This document shows, in pieces, positions 36,991 to 47,556 of a stretch of 64,000 bases of DNA. A program made the position numbers and the translations under genes. The stretch's first letter is position 1. Every line of letters begins with the position of its first letter. Under the pieces are notes generated by a model. It did not search any database, had not been told where the DNA came from, and saw only the letters and a program-made list of their open reading frames with translations. This stretch comes from a bacterium (GTDB lineage: Bacteria; UBA8248), in assembly GCA_965199855.1 (NCBI GenBank), contig OZ241326.1, positions 2,720,001 to 2,784,000 of the forward strand. The letters are read 5' to 3'.

Positions 36991-37760
36991 AAGCGCGGGG
37001 GAGGGGGCTGCCGGCGAGATTCCTCGGTTTCAACAAATATCTGTCGAAACGCTTCGATGGGCTTCTGCCCGAGAAATTCCACGTGGACGGGAACACTCAT
37101 TTCCGGGAAGCCTTCGCGCCTCCTCATATCCCCGACGGCGCGCTGGCGTATGATGTCGGCGGCGGAAAACGCCCCTTTTTTTCGGCCGAGGAGAAGGCGC
37201 GTCGGAATTTGTCGGTCGTCGGTCCTGATATCGACAGCAAGGAATTGACGAGCGCTCCGACCGGGACTTATGATGAAACTGTCTGCGCCGACATTATGAA
37301 ATACCGTGGGCGAGAAAACGCCGACGTTGTGATTTGCCAAGCGCTGCTGGAGCACGTCTCCAATACGGAGGCCGCCTTCGCCGGCTTGGGCAGCATTCTG
37401 AAAAAAGACGGCCTCGCTCTCGTCTTCGCGCCGTCGCGAAATGCCGTCTATGCGCGCATCAACCTCATCATCCCCGAGAAATGGAAAAGGAGCATGTTGC
37501 GGCTCCTTTTCCCCGAGCTCGATGGCATCGTGGGCTTTCCGAGTTATTGCGACCGCTGCACGCTGGCGGCGCTCGAGAAGCTGGCGCGCGCGCAGGGTTT
37601 GGCCGTCATCGAGAAAAAGCCCTATTATCGGAGTGATTACTTCATCTTCTTCGCTCCTCTTCACGTTCTCTGGCGATTATGGATTGTCGTCTTCCGCCTC
37701 CTCGCAAGAGACCAGGCGGCTGAAACCTTCAGCCTCGCCCTGCGCAAAGAGCCGGGGTGA
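36987..37760 (+). CDS. Class I SAM-dependent methyltransferase
   Basis: YDVGGG, ALLEHV, ILKKDG; GTG start overlaps upstream stop. Confidence 0.75.
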   Translation: MKARGRGLPARFLGFNKYLSKRFDGLLPEKFHVDGNTHFREAFAPPHIPDGALAYDVGGGKRPFFSAEEKARRNLSVVGPDIDSKELTSAPTGTYDETVCADIMKYRGRENADVVICQALLEHVSNTEAAFAGLGSILKKDGLALVFAPSRNAVYARINLIIPEKWKRSMLRLLFPELDGIVGFPSYCDRCTLAALEKLARAQGLAVIEKKPYYRSDYFIFFAPLHVLWRLWIVVFRLLARDQAAETFSLALRKEPG

Positions 37761-37782
37761 AAACCGGGACAGACTCCTTATC

Positions 37783-39729
37783 ATGTGCGGCATCGCGGGC
37801 TTTCTCTTCGCGCATCGGGAAACGGACGCCCCCGGGGACGTCGCTATCCGCATGGCGAATCGTCTGCGGCACCGGGGGCCGGACGATGAGGGAAGCTGGG
37901 CGGACGAGGCGGCGGGCGCCGCCCTGGGGTTCCGGCGGCTCTCCATCATCGATCTGAGCGCGGACGGCCGCCAGCCCATGATCTCGAGCAGCGGGCGCTA
38001 CGTCGTCATCCACAACGGGGAGATTTACAATTTCATCGAGCTGCGCGAGGAGTTGACGCGCGGGGGCGCGCGGTTCCGGGGAGGCTCGGACACCGAGGCG
38101 CTCCTCGCCGCGGTGGAAGCCTGGGGGCTGGAGGCGGCGCTCGGGCGATTCGTCGGCATGTTCGCCTTCGCCCTGTGGGATCGCCGGGAGCGAACGCTGC
38201 ACCTCGCGCGCGACCGCATGGGCGAGAAGCCGCTCTATTACGGCTGGGCGGGCAGGTCCTTCCTCTTCGGCTCGGAGCTGAAGGCTCTTCGGGCGCACCC
38301 CGACTGGGAGGGAGAGATTTGCGCCGACGCGCTGGCTCTCTACATGAAGCGCAGCTGCGTTCCCGCCCCGCATTCCATCTATCGGGGAATCCGCAAGCTC
38401 GTCCCCGGCGCGGTTCTCAGCGTCCGCGCGCAGGACCCGCCCGGACGTCTGCCCGCGCCCGCCGCCTACTGGCGCATGAAAGACGTCGTGAGGAAGGCGT
38501 CATCCAGCCGGCCGGCCCGGTCGGACGATGAGGCGCTCGATCAACTCGACGGCGTATTGAGACGCTCCGCGCGGGGGATGATGCGGGCGGACGTCCCGCT
38601 CGGCGCGTTGCTTTCGGGCGGGGTCGATTCCTCGATGGTGACCGCCCTGACGCAGGCGCAAAGCGGCGTTCCCATCCGGACGTTTTCGGTCGGATTTCAC
38701 GCGGCCGGCCATGACGAGGCGCCTCGCGCCCGCGCCGTCGCCCGCCATCTGGGAACCGAGCACGCCGAACTCTACGCCGGCCCGAAGGAGGCACTCGAGG
38801 TCGTTCCGCGCCTGCCGGAACTCTACGATGAGCCGTTCGCGGACTCCTCCCAGACGCCCACCTTCCTGGTATGCGCCCTCACGCGGGAGCACGTGAAGGT
38901 CGCCCTCTCCGGCGACGGAGGCGACGAGCTCTTCGGCGGCTACAACCGCTACTTCTGGGCGCCCAGGGTCTGGCGTTCGATTCGCCGGCTGCCGAGGCCT
39001 CTGAGGAAAGCCATGGCGAGCGCGCTGACGCGGCGGGGGGCGGGGCTGGCGTTCGCCTATGAGAAAATGTCCCCGCTCCTGCCGGGCCGCTTCCGCGTCG
39101 AGCTGGCCGGGGAGAAACTCCGAAAACTGGGGAGCGTTCTCGACGCATCGGGGCTCGATGAAATGTACGAGCGGCTGATCGCGCGCCGGGAGGCGCCTGT
39201 TCGCATGGACGCGAATCCGGCGCGGGAAGACGCGCTTTCCGCGGACCCCGAACTCGATCGCCTCCATCCCGTCGAGAGGATGATGTATCGGGACATGACG
39301 GAATACCTGCCCGACGACATTCTGGTGAAGGTGGACAGGGCGGCGATGGGGGCGAGCCTTGAGACGCGGGCGCCCTATCTGGACCATCGCGTCGTGGAAT
39401 TCGCCTGGTCCCTGCCGCCGGAAATGAAGACGCGCGGCGGCGAGGGGAAGTGGCTGCTCAAGCGTCTGCTCGCCCGCTACCTTCCCCCCGCCCTGTTTGA
39501 AAGGCCCAAGATGGGCTTCGGCGCGCCCATAGGCGAATGGCTGCGCGGCGCGCTCAGGGACTGGGCGGAGGAACTCTTGCGGGAATCGCGCCTTGCGGGG
39601 GAGGGGTTTTTCCACCCGAAGCCCATCCGCGACATGTGGGCGGAGCATCTCTCCGGCGCGAGAGACCGGCAATACCATCTTTGGGACGTCCTGATGTTCC
39701 AGGCGTGGCTGGACGCGCAGGCGCGATGA
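37783..39729 (+). CDS. asnB: Asparagine synthase (glutamine-hydrolysing)-like amidotransferase
   Basis: MCGIAG, HRGPD, LSGGVDSS, SGDGGDELFGGY. Confidence 0.92.
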   Translation: MCGIAGFLFAHRETDAPGDVAIRMANRLRHRGPDDEGSWADEAAGAALGFRRLSIIDLSADGRQPMISSSGRYVVIHNGEIYNFIELREELTRGGARFRGGSDTEALLAAVEAWGLEAALGRFVGMFAFALWDRRERTLHLARDRMGEKPLYYGWAGRSFLFGSELKALRAHPDWEGEICADALALYMKRSCVPAPHSIYRGIRKLVPGAVLSVRAQDPPGRLPAPAAYWRMKDVVRKASSSRPARSDDEALDQLDGVLRRSARGMMRADVPLGALLSGGVDSSMVTALTQAQSGVPIRTFSVGFHAAGHDEAPRARAVARHLGTEHAELYAGPKEALEVVPRLPELYDEPFADSSQTPTFLVCALTREHVKVALSGDGGDELFGGYNRYFWAPRVWRSIRRLPRPLRKAMASALTRRGAGLAFAYEKMSPLLPGRFRVELAGEKLRKLGSVLDASGLDEMYERLIARREAPVRMDANPAREDALSADPELDRLHPVERMMYRDMTEYLPDDILVKVDRAAMGASLETRAPYLDHRVVEFAWSLPPEMKTRGGEGKWLLKRLLARYLPPALFERPKMGFGAPIGEWLRGALRDWAEELLRESRLAGEGFFHPKPIRDMWAEHLSGARDRQYHLWDVLMFQAWLDAQAR

Positions 39730-39730
39730 G

Positions 39731-40885
39731 ATGAGCCGAACGCTGTTTTTGCTGGATCTGGAGGACCGATATTTCCTGAGCCACAGGCTCGCCCTCGCGC
39801 GGGCGGCGCGGGAGGCGGGCTGGCGCGTCGTCGCGTGCGCGAGAATCGGCGGGGAACGTCTGGAGCAGATGCGCGCGCAGGGCTTCGAGTGCTTCGCCCT
39901 GGGCGAGAACCGGGAGGGCGTCAGGCCGTGGGCGGAGTTTCGGGCGCTTGTCAAACTCGTTCGCGCCTACCGGAAACATCGGCCGCGCGTCGCCCACCAC
40001 ATCGGCGCGCGAAACCTCCCGCACGGCTCGATCGCCGCCTGGCTCGCGCAAACGCCCGCCGTCGTGAATTCATTCACGGGGCTGGGTTCGCTCTTCTCTC
40101 CCGACTCGCTCAAAATGAAACTGCTCGGAAAGCTCGTCTTTCCCCTTCTGAGGCGCCTTCACCGGAGGAAAAACACCTGGGTGATCGCGCAGAACGACGA
40201 CGACAGGGCGATGCTCCTGCGAAAGGGGCTCGCCGAGGAATCCCGCCTGCTCCTCGTTCGCGGCTCGGGCGTCGACGTCCAGTCCTTCAGCCCCGCGCCC
40301 GAGCCTCCGGGCGCGCCCCTGGCGGTTCTCGCCTCCCGGATGCTGCGGGACAAGGGCGTGCGCGAGTTCGTGGAGGCCGCGCGCCTGCTGAAGGCGGAGG
40401 GCGTGGAGGTTCGCATGGCGCTTGCGGGCGCGCCGGACCCCAAAAATCCCTCCTCCATCCCGGAGAGCGCGCTCGAGGGCTGGCGCGAGAGCGGCGAGAT
40501 CGAATGGTGGGGCCACAGGGAGGACGCGCCCGAAATGTGGCGAGGCTGCCACGTCGCCGTTTTGCCCTCCTATCGGGAGGGGCTGCCGAGAAGCCTGCTG
40601 GAGGCGGCGGCGCGCGGACGCCCGCTCGTGGCGACCGACGTTCCCGGCTGCCGGGAGGTGGTCCGGGACGGCGTGAACGGCATTCTCGTCCCGCCCCGGG
40701 ACGCCGGGGCGCTGGCCGGCGCCATCAAAACGCTGGCGCGCGACGCGGCGCTCAGGCGAAAGATGGGCGCTGCGGGGCGGCGAATCGTGGAAGCGGAGTT
40801 CGCCGACGCGATCGTCCTGCGAAGCGTTCTGGGGCTGTATGAGCGCCTGGGCGGCGCGGAAGCGGCGCCGGACAAGGGGGACTGA
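39731..40885 (+). CDS. Glycosyltransferase family 4
   Basis: SRMLRDKGVREF, LPSYREGLPRSLLEA. Confidence 0.9.
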   Translation: MSRTLFLLDLEDRYFLSHRLALARAAREAGWRVVACARIGGERLEQMRAQGFECFALGENREGVRPWAEFRALVKLVRAYRKHRPRVAHHIGARNLPHGSIAAWLAQTPAVVNSFTGLGSLFSPDSLKMKLLGKLVFPLLRRLHRRKNTWVIAQNDDDRAMLLRKGLAEESRLLLVRGSGVDVQSFSPAPEPPGAPLAVLASRMLRDKGVREFVEAARLLKAEGVEVRMALAGAPDPKNPSSIPESALEGWRESGEIEWWGHREDAPEMWRGCHVAVLPSYREGLPRSLLEAAARGRPLVATDVPGCREVVRDGVNGILVPPRDAGALAGAIKTLARDAALRRKMGAAGRRIVEAEFADAIVLRSVLGLYERLGGAEAAPDKGD

Positions 40886-40912
40886 GCGGGCGCCGCCGCG
40901 CGCGATGACGGC

Positions 40913-42298
40913 CTAGACGCCGCCACGCCACGGACGCAAAAACGCGAGGGCGGTGAGGAACATCACCTGAATGTCCAGAGAAAACGAGTAACTCAGAATG
41001 TAGTACAAATCGTATTCCAGCTTCGTCTTTGAGCCTTCCATACTGTTGACGTAACCCTGCTGAATCTGCGCCCATCCGGTGATGCCCGCGGGAACGAGTT
41101 CCCGATACACAAACTCCGGATAGCGCTCCCGCAGTTCGTTCAAGAATTCGGGCCTCTCGGGTCGGGGGCCGACGAGGCTCATATCCCCCTTGATGACGTT
41201 CCAGAATTGCGGAATCTCATCAAGATGATAGCGGCGCAGAAAGCGCCCGAACCGATGGATTCTCGCATCGTTCGCTTCGGACCATCTCGCCTGCTCCAGT
41301 TTTTCAGCATCCACGCGCATCGTCCGAAACTTGTAGACGGTGAACAGCCTGCCGTATCGGGTGACGCGGAGCTGGGAATAGAAGACAGGCCCCTCGCTCG
41401 TGAGTTTGATGATGAGGGCGATGAGGAGGCCGAAGGGAGCGAACAGCGCCAGGGTCGCGGCGCTGAACGCCAAATCAAGCCCCCGCTTGAGCATCCACTG
41501 CCGCCGGCTGAATATCCGCCGCCGGTTCCTCAGGGCGGAGAATTTTCCGGCCTCGGAAACGGACGCCAGCGGAAGCCGGCCCTCCATGGCGCCGATGAAA
41601 TCCCCCATTTCGACGCAGGCGACCCGATGCTCCATGCAGGCTTTGAGGAGCCTCGCGGCTTCCCGCCGTTCAAGAGGGGCTCCCTCGCGCACGACGAACT
41701 GAACGCCGGGGACGGATTCCAGGATTTCCCTGATCCGCCCGGCGGCGCGGCCGGGGGCTTCGCTCTTCGGAATCTCCGCGACGACCTCCAGGTTCCGGCG
41801 GTTCTCCTCCGACAGCGCGGAGGACAGCCCGCTTCCGGCGGCTTCGGACCCCAGAATCACCACCTTGCATTCCAGCCTGCCGTTCAGGATGAATTTCTTG
41901 GCGAGCAGGCGCCCGAGCAGAACGACCGCGAACGTGACGGCATACAGCGAAAGCGGGAGCCAGACGCCCTCCCGCGCGTCGAGAAAAACGCCGTTGATCA
42001 CCTCGCGCAGGACGAAGCTGATCGCCAAAACCTTGAATATCCCCCAAGAGGAGAGAAAGACGCGAACGTAACGGCTATACGCGTACAGGTCATGGCAGTA
42101 GAAAAGAAGGAAGTTCAGCAAGGGCAGCCAAACGCTCTCGGGGCGGAAGAGCAGCAGGCCGTCCCACGCGAAGCGCGTCATCCGCTCGGCGAGAATGAGG
42201 GCGAGAACGTCGAGCAGCATGAAGGAGCGATCCTGGCCGGAGAGCGCCAGCTGCCGCAAGCTCCTTCTTCTCGGGACGCCCGGGTTCTCCGCGATCAT
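40913..42298 (-). CDS. Initiating polyprenyl glycosylphosphotransferase (sugar transferase, WcaJ/WbaP type); start uncertain, frame open to 42391
   Basis: KFRTM, LDEIPQFWNV..GDMSLVGPRPE, GITGWAQ, DLYY. Confidence 0.88.
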   Translation of the reverse strand: MIAENPGVPRRRSLRQLALSGQDRSFMLLDVLALILAERMTRFAWDGLLLFRPESVWLPLLNFLLFYCHDLYAYSRYVRVFLSSWGIFKVLAISFVLREVINGVFLDAREGVWLPLSLYAVTFAVVLLGRLLAKKFILNGRLECKVVILGSEAAGSGLSSALSEENRRNLEVVAEIPKSEAPGRAAGRIREILESVPGVQFVVREGAPLERREAARLLKACMEHRVACVEMGDFIGAMEGRLPLASVSEAGKFSALRNRRRIFSRRQWMLKRGLDLAFSAATLALFAPFGLLIALIIKLTSEGPVFYSQLRVTRYGRLFTVYKFRTMRVDAEKLEQARWSEANDARIHRFGRFLRRYHLDEIPQFWNVIKGDMSLVGPRPERPEFLNELRERYPEFVYRELVPAGITGWAQIQQGYVNSMEGSKTKLEYDLYYILSYSFSLDIQVMFLTALAFLRPWRGGV

Positions 42299-42303
42299 AG
42301 AAG

Positions 42304-42316
42304 CCCCCCCCCCCCC
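42304..42316. repeat. C13/G13 homopolymer tract
   Basis: 13 consecutive C on + strand. Confidence 0.85.
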
Positions 42317-42462
42317 GACCACCCCTTCTCTTTCCCCGTGATCGCGCATACTGCCCTCGTGAATGAAACTTGCTCGTTCGGAGACGTCCATGATACATTA
42401 TTTCGCGTCCGAAAAAAGCGCTCCGCTTTCCCCCACCGCTCACGCCCGAAGGCGCCTCCTCC

Positions 42463-43854
42463 GTGATGAACCCTGATTTCCTGGTGATCGGCGTCATGGC
42501 GGCGGGCGCGGCGGCGATCGCGGCGGCGAGCCTCCGCAGCCTCGCCGCCGGCGGCGCGCTGTTTCTGCTTCTGAGCCCGCTCGTCAACGTCGAGGTCGCC
42601 TTCGGCGAGACCGGAAGGAGCGTTTCATACGACAAGCTGGCGCTCATCGCCCTGGCCGCCGGGTTCGCCTGGCGCGTTCTGCGAAGCGGCGGCGGCGCGA
42701 TGCTGAAAAGAAGGCCGCTCACCCTGTACGCCTGGCTCGCCTGGCTCGCCTGGAGCCTCGCGGCCGCGTGGCTGAGCGGCGCGCCCGTCCGGCGGCAATT
42801 CTGGGGCCTCGCCGAAGCCGCCGCCTACTTCATCACGTTTCTCGCTTTCCTCGACATCTGCGCGCGCGAAGCCTCCCGCGAGCGGATTCTGCGGGCGCTC
42901 CTCTGCGGCGGCCTCGTCATGGTCGCGGCCGTCGTCCTGCAGAATCTGGCGTTCCACGTTCCCTGGAAAATCCGGGGCTGGCACTCGAGCTTCCGCGCGG
43001 ACTTGTTCTATTCGCCGTTTCCCCTGTCCAATCTGTTCTTTTATTTCCGGCCCGGCCCCATCGGGAATCCGAATTTTCTCGCCGCCTGGCTGCTCCTGTG
43101 GGCCGCCTCCGTCCCGCTGATCTTCCGCTTCTCCCGCCGGGCGGGGTTCATCGCCTGCGCCGCGCTGCCGGCGATATTCGCGCTCAACGGCAGTCAGGGA
43201 GGTTTGATAGGCTTCGCCATCCTCGTCCTGGCGCTCCTGTGGATCGGCGGGCCGCGCCTGATGAAAATGCTCTCCGCCCGCGTCTCTCCCGCGAAAGCCC
43301 GCCTCCTCCTTCCCCTCGCGGGCGCTTCCGTCCTCCTGTTCACGGCCGCCTCCGTCGCCACCCATAGCGGGTTCATGGAAACATCGGTGCCGCCGAGAGT
43401 CTATATCCATCGGGTCGCGGGAAAGATGATCGCCGAGCGTCCCTGGGCGGGCCACGGCAGCGGACTCTTCCTCGAATCGTTTCTGCGCGCGGAAAAGGAA
43501 TACGCGGACAAAGGGGAGCTGAAGATCATTCCCTGGAGGACAAGAGCCCAAAAGGAGGGCCGCCCGCTTCACGCTCATTCTTCCTACCTGAACGCCTTCG
43601 TCGAAACGGGGCTTCCGGGAGGCGTCCTCTTCCTCTGCCTGATGGCGGGGGGGCTTCTGGAGGCGCTGCTTCATCTGAGAAAAACGGGGAGGCTCTCGCC
43701 TGGCGCGCCGGAAGCCTGGGCGTGGGCCGGCTGCGCGGGCGTCCTCTTTCAGGCCGGAACCGAGATTATCTTTTCGTTTCCCAAAACCGCCTGCCTCTAC
43801 TGGGCGCTGATGGCGCTTTGCCTGACGGCGCGAAAAGCCGCCGACCATGGATGA
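42463..43854 (+). CDS. O-antigen ligase/Wzy-like membrane protein
   Basis: Multi-TM; GNPN, ERPWAGHG, HAHSSYL..ETG. Confidence 0.75.
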   Translation: MMNPDFLVIGVMAAGAAAIAAASLRSLAAGGALFLLLSPLVNVEVAFGETGRSVSYDKLALIALAAGFAWRVLRSGGGAMLKRRPLTLYAWLAWLAWSLAAAWLSGAPVRRQFWGLAEAAAYFITFLAFLDICAREASRERILRALLCGGLVMVAAVVLQNLAFHVPWKIRGWHSSFRADLFYSPFPLSNLFFYFRPGPIGNPNFLAAWLLLWAASVPLIFRFSRRAGFIACAALPAIFALNGSQGGLIGFAILVLALLWIGGPRLMKMLSARVSPAKARLLLPLAGASVLLFTAASVATHSGFMETSVPPRVYIHRVAGKMIAERPWAGHGSGLFLESFLRAEKEYADKGELKIIPWRTRAQKEGRPLHAHSSYLNAFVETGLPGGVLFLCLMAGGLLEALLHLRKTGRLSPGAPEAWAWAGCAGVLFQAGTEIIFSFPKTACLYWALMALCLTARKAADHG

Positions 43855-43944
43855 CCGGAAAGCGGCCGGAAGGAGAGATTCCAGAACCCTCTCCCGCGCC
43901 GTCCGGCGATTCTCATCGACCGTATGATTCCGCGCCGGGCTCGC

Positions 43945-45348
43945 CTAAGCCGTTGAGGAGTGAGCCTTCATCGCTTCCCGGTACAGATGGCGCGTGAAGG
44001 ACAGGAGAATGGCGAACAGCCAGAAGGGATAGAACTTCGCCGTGGTGGAAACGCTGAGCAGCAGGGCGAAGGAGGTGGAGAAAATGACGGCGAACGGCGT
44101 CACGACGGCGAATGAATTCCCGCGCCGCCGCAGGAGGATGATCCTGAAAAAATACGCCGCGCCGGTCGCGAGCATGGCCGCCAGCAGGACAAGTCCCAGC
44201 AGCCCCAAATCCACAACCAGGTTCAGCGGAAGGCTGTGCAGGGTATAGACCACCCCCTCCAGCGGATTGTCCCGAAACAGATTCTTGTCCTCCCATTCGG
44301 CGCGCATCCTGTGGTAGTATTGGTTGATGTCTCCGTAAATGCGCTCCGAAAACGTGGGCGGCGTATCGCCTGAATATCCGTACAAATATCCCCGACGGGG
44401 CCCGCCCCCCAAGAAGGGCCGCGCTGAAAACACGTCCATCGCGCGCGCGTAGCTGAAGGCTCTCACCTTGACGCCCAGGGCCAGATTCGACGCGTCGAAG
44501 AACTCTTTTCTCGCCATCGTTCCGGCCACCAGCATGGCGGAAGCGAGAAGGGCGAGAACCAGCGGCGCGAGGCAGAAAACGTAAAGGGCGCCGAGTCTTC
44601 CGCTCGCGCCCGCTCGCCTCCTGAATTTCACGAAAAAGACGGCGGCGAGCGCAACGCCCAGAACCAGCGCGAACGCGGGAGCGCGCTTCCCCGTGGAGAA
44701 AAGCATGAGCGCGCCGGACAATGACGCGAACAGATAAGAATATCTCCCGCTTCTCAGGAAGAAATAGAAGCCGACGCCGGCCAGTATAAGCCCGAGTCGG
44801 GCGGGAAGGACATGGTGCCGCGTGAACATGCTGATGAACGTTTGCGCGTAGGAATCTAGCGAGTACGCGTTCGGAATCCCCAGATAAAAGAACAGAACGC
44901 TCTCGACGCCCAGAACAAGGCCAACCCAGAAAACGCGCTTCAGCGCGCCCTCGAACTCGGCTCTGCCCCACTCGTTGTTTTGAATCAGATACCATACGAG
45001 CAGCCCGTCCATGTAAGGGACGGCGTCGGCCAGAATCCGACCCAGAGGCGCGGACGTTTTCACGGGATCGCCCGCCATGTAGCCCTGGAGGGCGCCGCCC
45101 AGGAACGCCAGCCCGAAACAAAAGGAGACGACGAGGAACGCGGGCGAGGGCTTTCTGAAGCCGAACCGCACGAACTCGATCATCCACGCGGCGCAGAGCA
45201 GGACGAAAAGGAATGCGTAGATTTTATACGGACCGACCAGATGGCCCGGGAAATAGGGAACGGCGCTCCAGGGAATCAGAAAATAGACCGCGTGCAGGGA
45301 AATGACCGCGTTGGTGAGCCAGAAAGGAGACTGCCCTTCGCTTCCCAT
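43945..45348 (-). CDS. O-antigen ligase/polymerase-like membrane protein
   Basis: Multi-TM; STGKR, RPFLGGG, HS....DLGLLG. Confidence 0.7.
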   Translation of the reverse strand: MGSEGQSPFWLTNAVISLHAVYFLIPWSAVPYFPGHLVGPYKIYAFLFVLLCAAWMIEFVRFGFRKPSPAFLVVSFCFGLAFLGGALQGYMAGDPVKTSAPLGRILADAVPYMDGLLVWYLIQNNEWGRAEFEGALKRVFWVGLVLGVESVLFFYLGIPNAYSLDSYAQTFISMFTRHHVLPARLGLILAGVGFYFFLRSGRYSYLFASLSGALMLFSTGKRAPAFALVLGVALAAVFFVKFRRRAGASGRLGALYVFCLAPLVLALLASAMLVAGTMARKEFFDASNLALGVKVRAFSYARAMDVFSARPFLGGGPRRGYLYGYSGDTPPTFSERIYGDINQYYHRMRAEWEDKNLFRDNPLEGVVYTLHSLPLNLVVDLGLLGLVLLAAMLATGAAYFFRIILLRRRGNSFAVVTPFAVIFSTSFALLLSVSTTAKFYPFWLFAILLSFTRHLYREAMKAHSSTA

Positions 45349-45505
45349 GGCGCGCCCGGCGTCCAGGATCCGTTCTCCATCCCTGCGAGAATGATTCGAC
45401 GGCTTTCAACTCCCGCCGCCACGCTCCGGCGCGATGGGGCGCGGGGCGGCGTCAACCCGCGTTCGCCGCCCGCTCCGCGGATTGAGAAGCTTGCCCCCGG
45501 CGAAA

Positions 45506-47494
45506 TCAGGCGCTTCCCGGCTCCTCGCGCGCAGGATCCGTTTTCCGGAATTCAAGAAACAAAGCCGCGCACGCGGCGAGAAACAGGCCAAGGATGAGGC
45601 TCAGCGACGCCTTGATCGCCAAATGCCTGGGGGTCGGGCGGCGCGGCAATTCCGCGCGGCTCGCGACGTTCAGCCTCGTCTCGCCGGACAGCGTGAGCGT
45701 CTCCGTCCGGTCGTAGATATTGGACGCGGCGGTATAAGACTCGCTCGCCACCCGACGCTCCAGCTGCAGCATGTCGCGGCGAGAAAGCAGACCCGCCTGC
45801 TCAATGCTCTTCTCCTGGATTTTTTCCCGCACCTCCTCCAATCGGGCGTCGAGCCATTTCCGCCGATGCCTCATATGCGCCGTCGTCAGGATGCCCTTGT
45901 CGAGGCTTCGCAGCCTGTCCCCAAGCCTCTCCGATATGCTCCTGTCCGTCGGGAAGCCGTCCGCCGGCCGGTTGTCGAAGCCGCGCTCCCGGGCGAAGAC
46001 GGAAGGAGGGGCGAGCAGGGCCTCCAGTTTCCCGATGTCCAGCGCCGCGTCTCCCAATGCGCCCGCCTTCGCGAGCAGACCGCGCCTCCTCGCCCGACGC
46101 TCCGCCATCTTCCTTTCGTTGGCGAGAATTTCAGCCTCGGCTCCCTTTATCTCGCCGGCCATTCTGGAAATTTCCAGCAGGAGATATTTCGCCTTTCGCC
46201 TCCGCAGCCTCTCGGCCGTCGCCGGCAGTTCCGAATCAATCCTGGCGATTCTCTTTTCGTATTGCCTCTTCTTTTCCGCCAGCTCCACCAGGCGCAATTC
46301 CTCGTTCACGATTCTCGCCGCCACCGCGCCGCGCCGCGCGTCGAAAGCGTCCCCGCCGTCCAAGGCTCCGTTTTCGCGCGGCGCGGCCAATGAAGCCCGC
46401 TCGCCCCCGGAAGCCGCTCCGGCGCGCCTCGTCCTCTCCATGGTCTTCTTCAGCGCCTTCAGTTTGCTTCCGGAAACCTGAATCTCGATTTCCAGGGCCG
46501 GCAAGGCGGCCGAAGCGCTTCTTCTCTCATCCTCCAGCGCCTTTTTCTCGGCCCGGATTTTCTCAAGAGCGGCCGCGTCCCGAACGGCGTCGTCGGCCCC
46601 TGCGTTTTTCACGGATTCATTTCGCGCGCCCGCGCCCAGGCCGCCGTTCGCCGCTTCGAGAACGCCGGACAGCTCGCTTTTCGCCTCCAGCATCTTTCCG
46701 GAAAGCGCGCGGCGAAACGCCAGCAGGTCATCGTTTCTGTCCGCCAATATGTTCAGTTCGGAAAATCCGTCATCGCTCCGGAGCAGCTTCAGAACCTCCT
46801 CCTTTTCCCTCAGAAGATCGTCCCGCCCGCCGTCCTTCAGTCGGAGGTCGTTCTCGAAGCGCAGGAAAAGCAGCCGGTTCCGCTCGGCCAGCAGCGCGTT
46901 GACGTCCTGGGTCAATTCACTCAGCCGGGACGTCTGGTCGAACTTCAGCAGGGCGTCTCCCGCGCTGTCCATCCGTCGCTTGGCGGCGGCGAGATGCTCC
47001 TTGAGGTATTTCGCCGTTCGCGCGGCATCGGACTGCCCGTAGTTCGAGAATCCCCTTTCCACCCGATCCGCCACATAATTCGCCAAGTCTCTCGACAATT
47101 CAGGCTCCGGCGTCGTGGCGGAAAGGTGAAGCAGTCTCGTGTTCGTCAACGCTTTCACCTTCAGGAAGCCGCCCCACAGCCTGTCCGCCGGCACGCTGTA
47201 AGGCTCGGCGTCCAGCCCGAATTTTCGCGCCACCTGCTCCGCGGGCACCAGATGCGGGATGAGTCTGACGGCCGTCCGGGTTCTGATGTCTGAAAAACTG
47301 TCCACAGACCCGGAATTCTGCAATTTCGATACGCTGGCAAGCAGGATGGCCGTCGCCTTGTAGTCCCTTCTCTGCAAAAGGGTGATGGCGGACGTTATCG
47401 CCGCCAGCGCCAGGGGCAGCGCGACGAGCAGGCGCCAGCGCCTCTTGAGCGCCCCCGCGACCTCCTGAAAGGATATGCGATCTTCGACTTCCAT
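45506..47494 (-). CDS. Polysaccharide chain-length determinant (Wzz/GumC-like) with long coiled coil
   Basis: N- and C-terminal TM, YKATA, Pro-rich AELPRRPTP before last TM. Confidence 0.7.
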   Translation of the reverse strand: MEVEDRISFQEVAGALKRRWRLLVALPLALAAITSAITLLQRRDYKATAILLASVSKLQNSGSVDSFSDIRTRTAVRLIPHLVPAEQVARKFGLDAEPYSVPADRLWGGFLKVKALTNTRLLHLSATTPEPELSRDLANYVADRVERGFSNYGQSDAARTAKYLKEHLAAAKRRMDSAGDALLKFDQTSRLSELTQDVNALLAERNRLLFLRFENDLRLKDGGRDDLLREKEEVLKLLRSDDGFSELNILADRNDDLLAFRRALSGKMLEAKSELSGVLEAANGGLGAGARNESVKNAGADDAVRDAAALEKIRAEKKALEDERRSASAALPALEIEIQVSGSKLKALKKTMERTRRAGAASGGERASLAAPRENGALDGGDAFDARRGAVAARIVNEELRLVELAEKKRQYEKRIARIDSELPATAERLRRRKAKYLLLEISRMAGEIKGAEAEILANERKMAERRARRRGLLAKAGALGDAALDIGKLEALLAPPSVFARERGFDNRPADGFPTDRSISERLGDRLRSLDKGILTTAHMRHRRKWLDARLEEVREKIQEKSIEQAGLLSRRDMLQLERRVASESYTAASNIYDRTETLTLSGETRLNVASRAELPRRPTPRHLAIKASLSLILGLFLAACAALFLEFRKTDPAREEPGSA

Positions 47495-47556
47495 TCCCCG
47501 GATTCTCCGTCCGTCAGAAAATTCGCCCGCGCGGCGGCGTCAAATCATCGGCGCTT

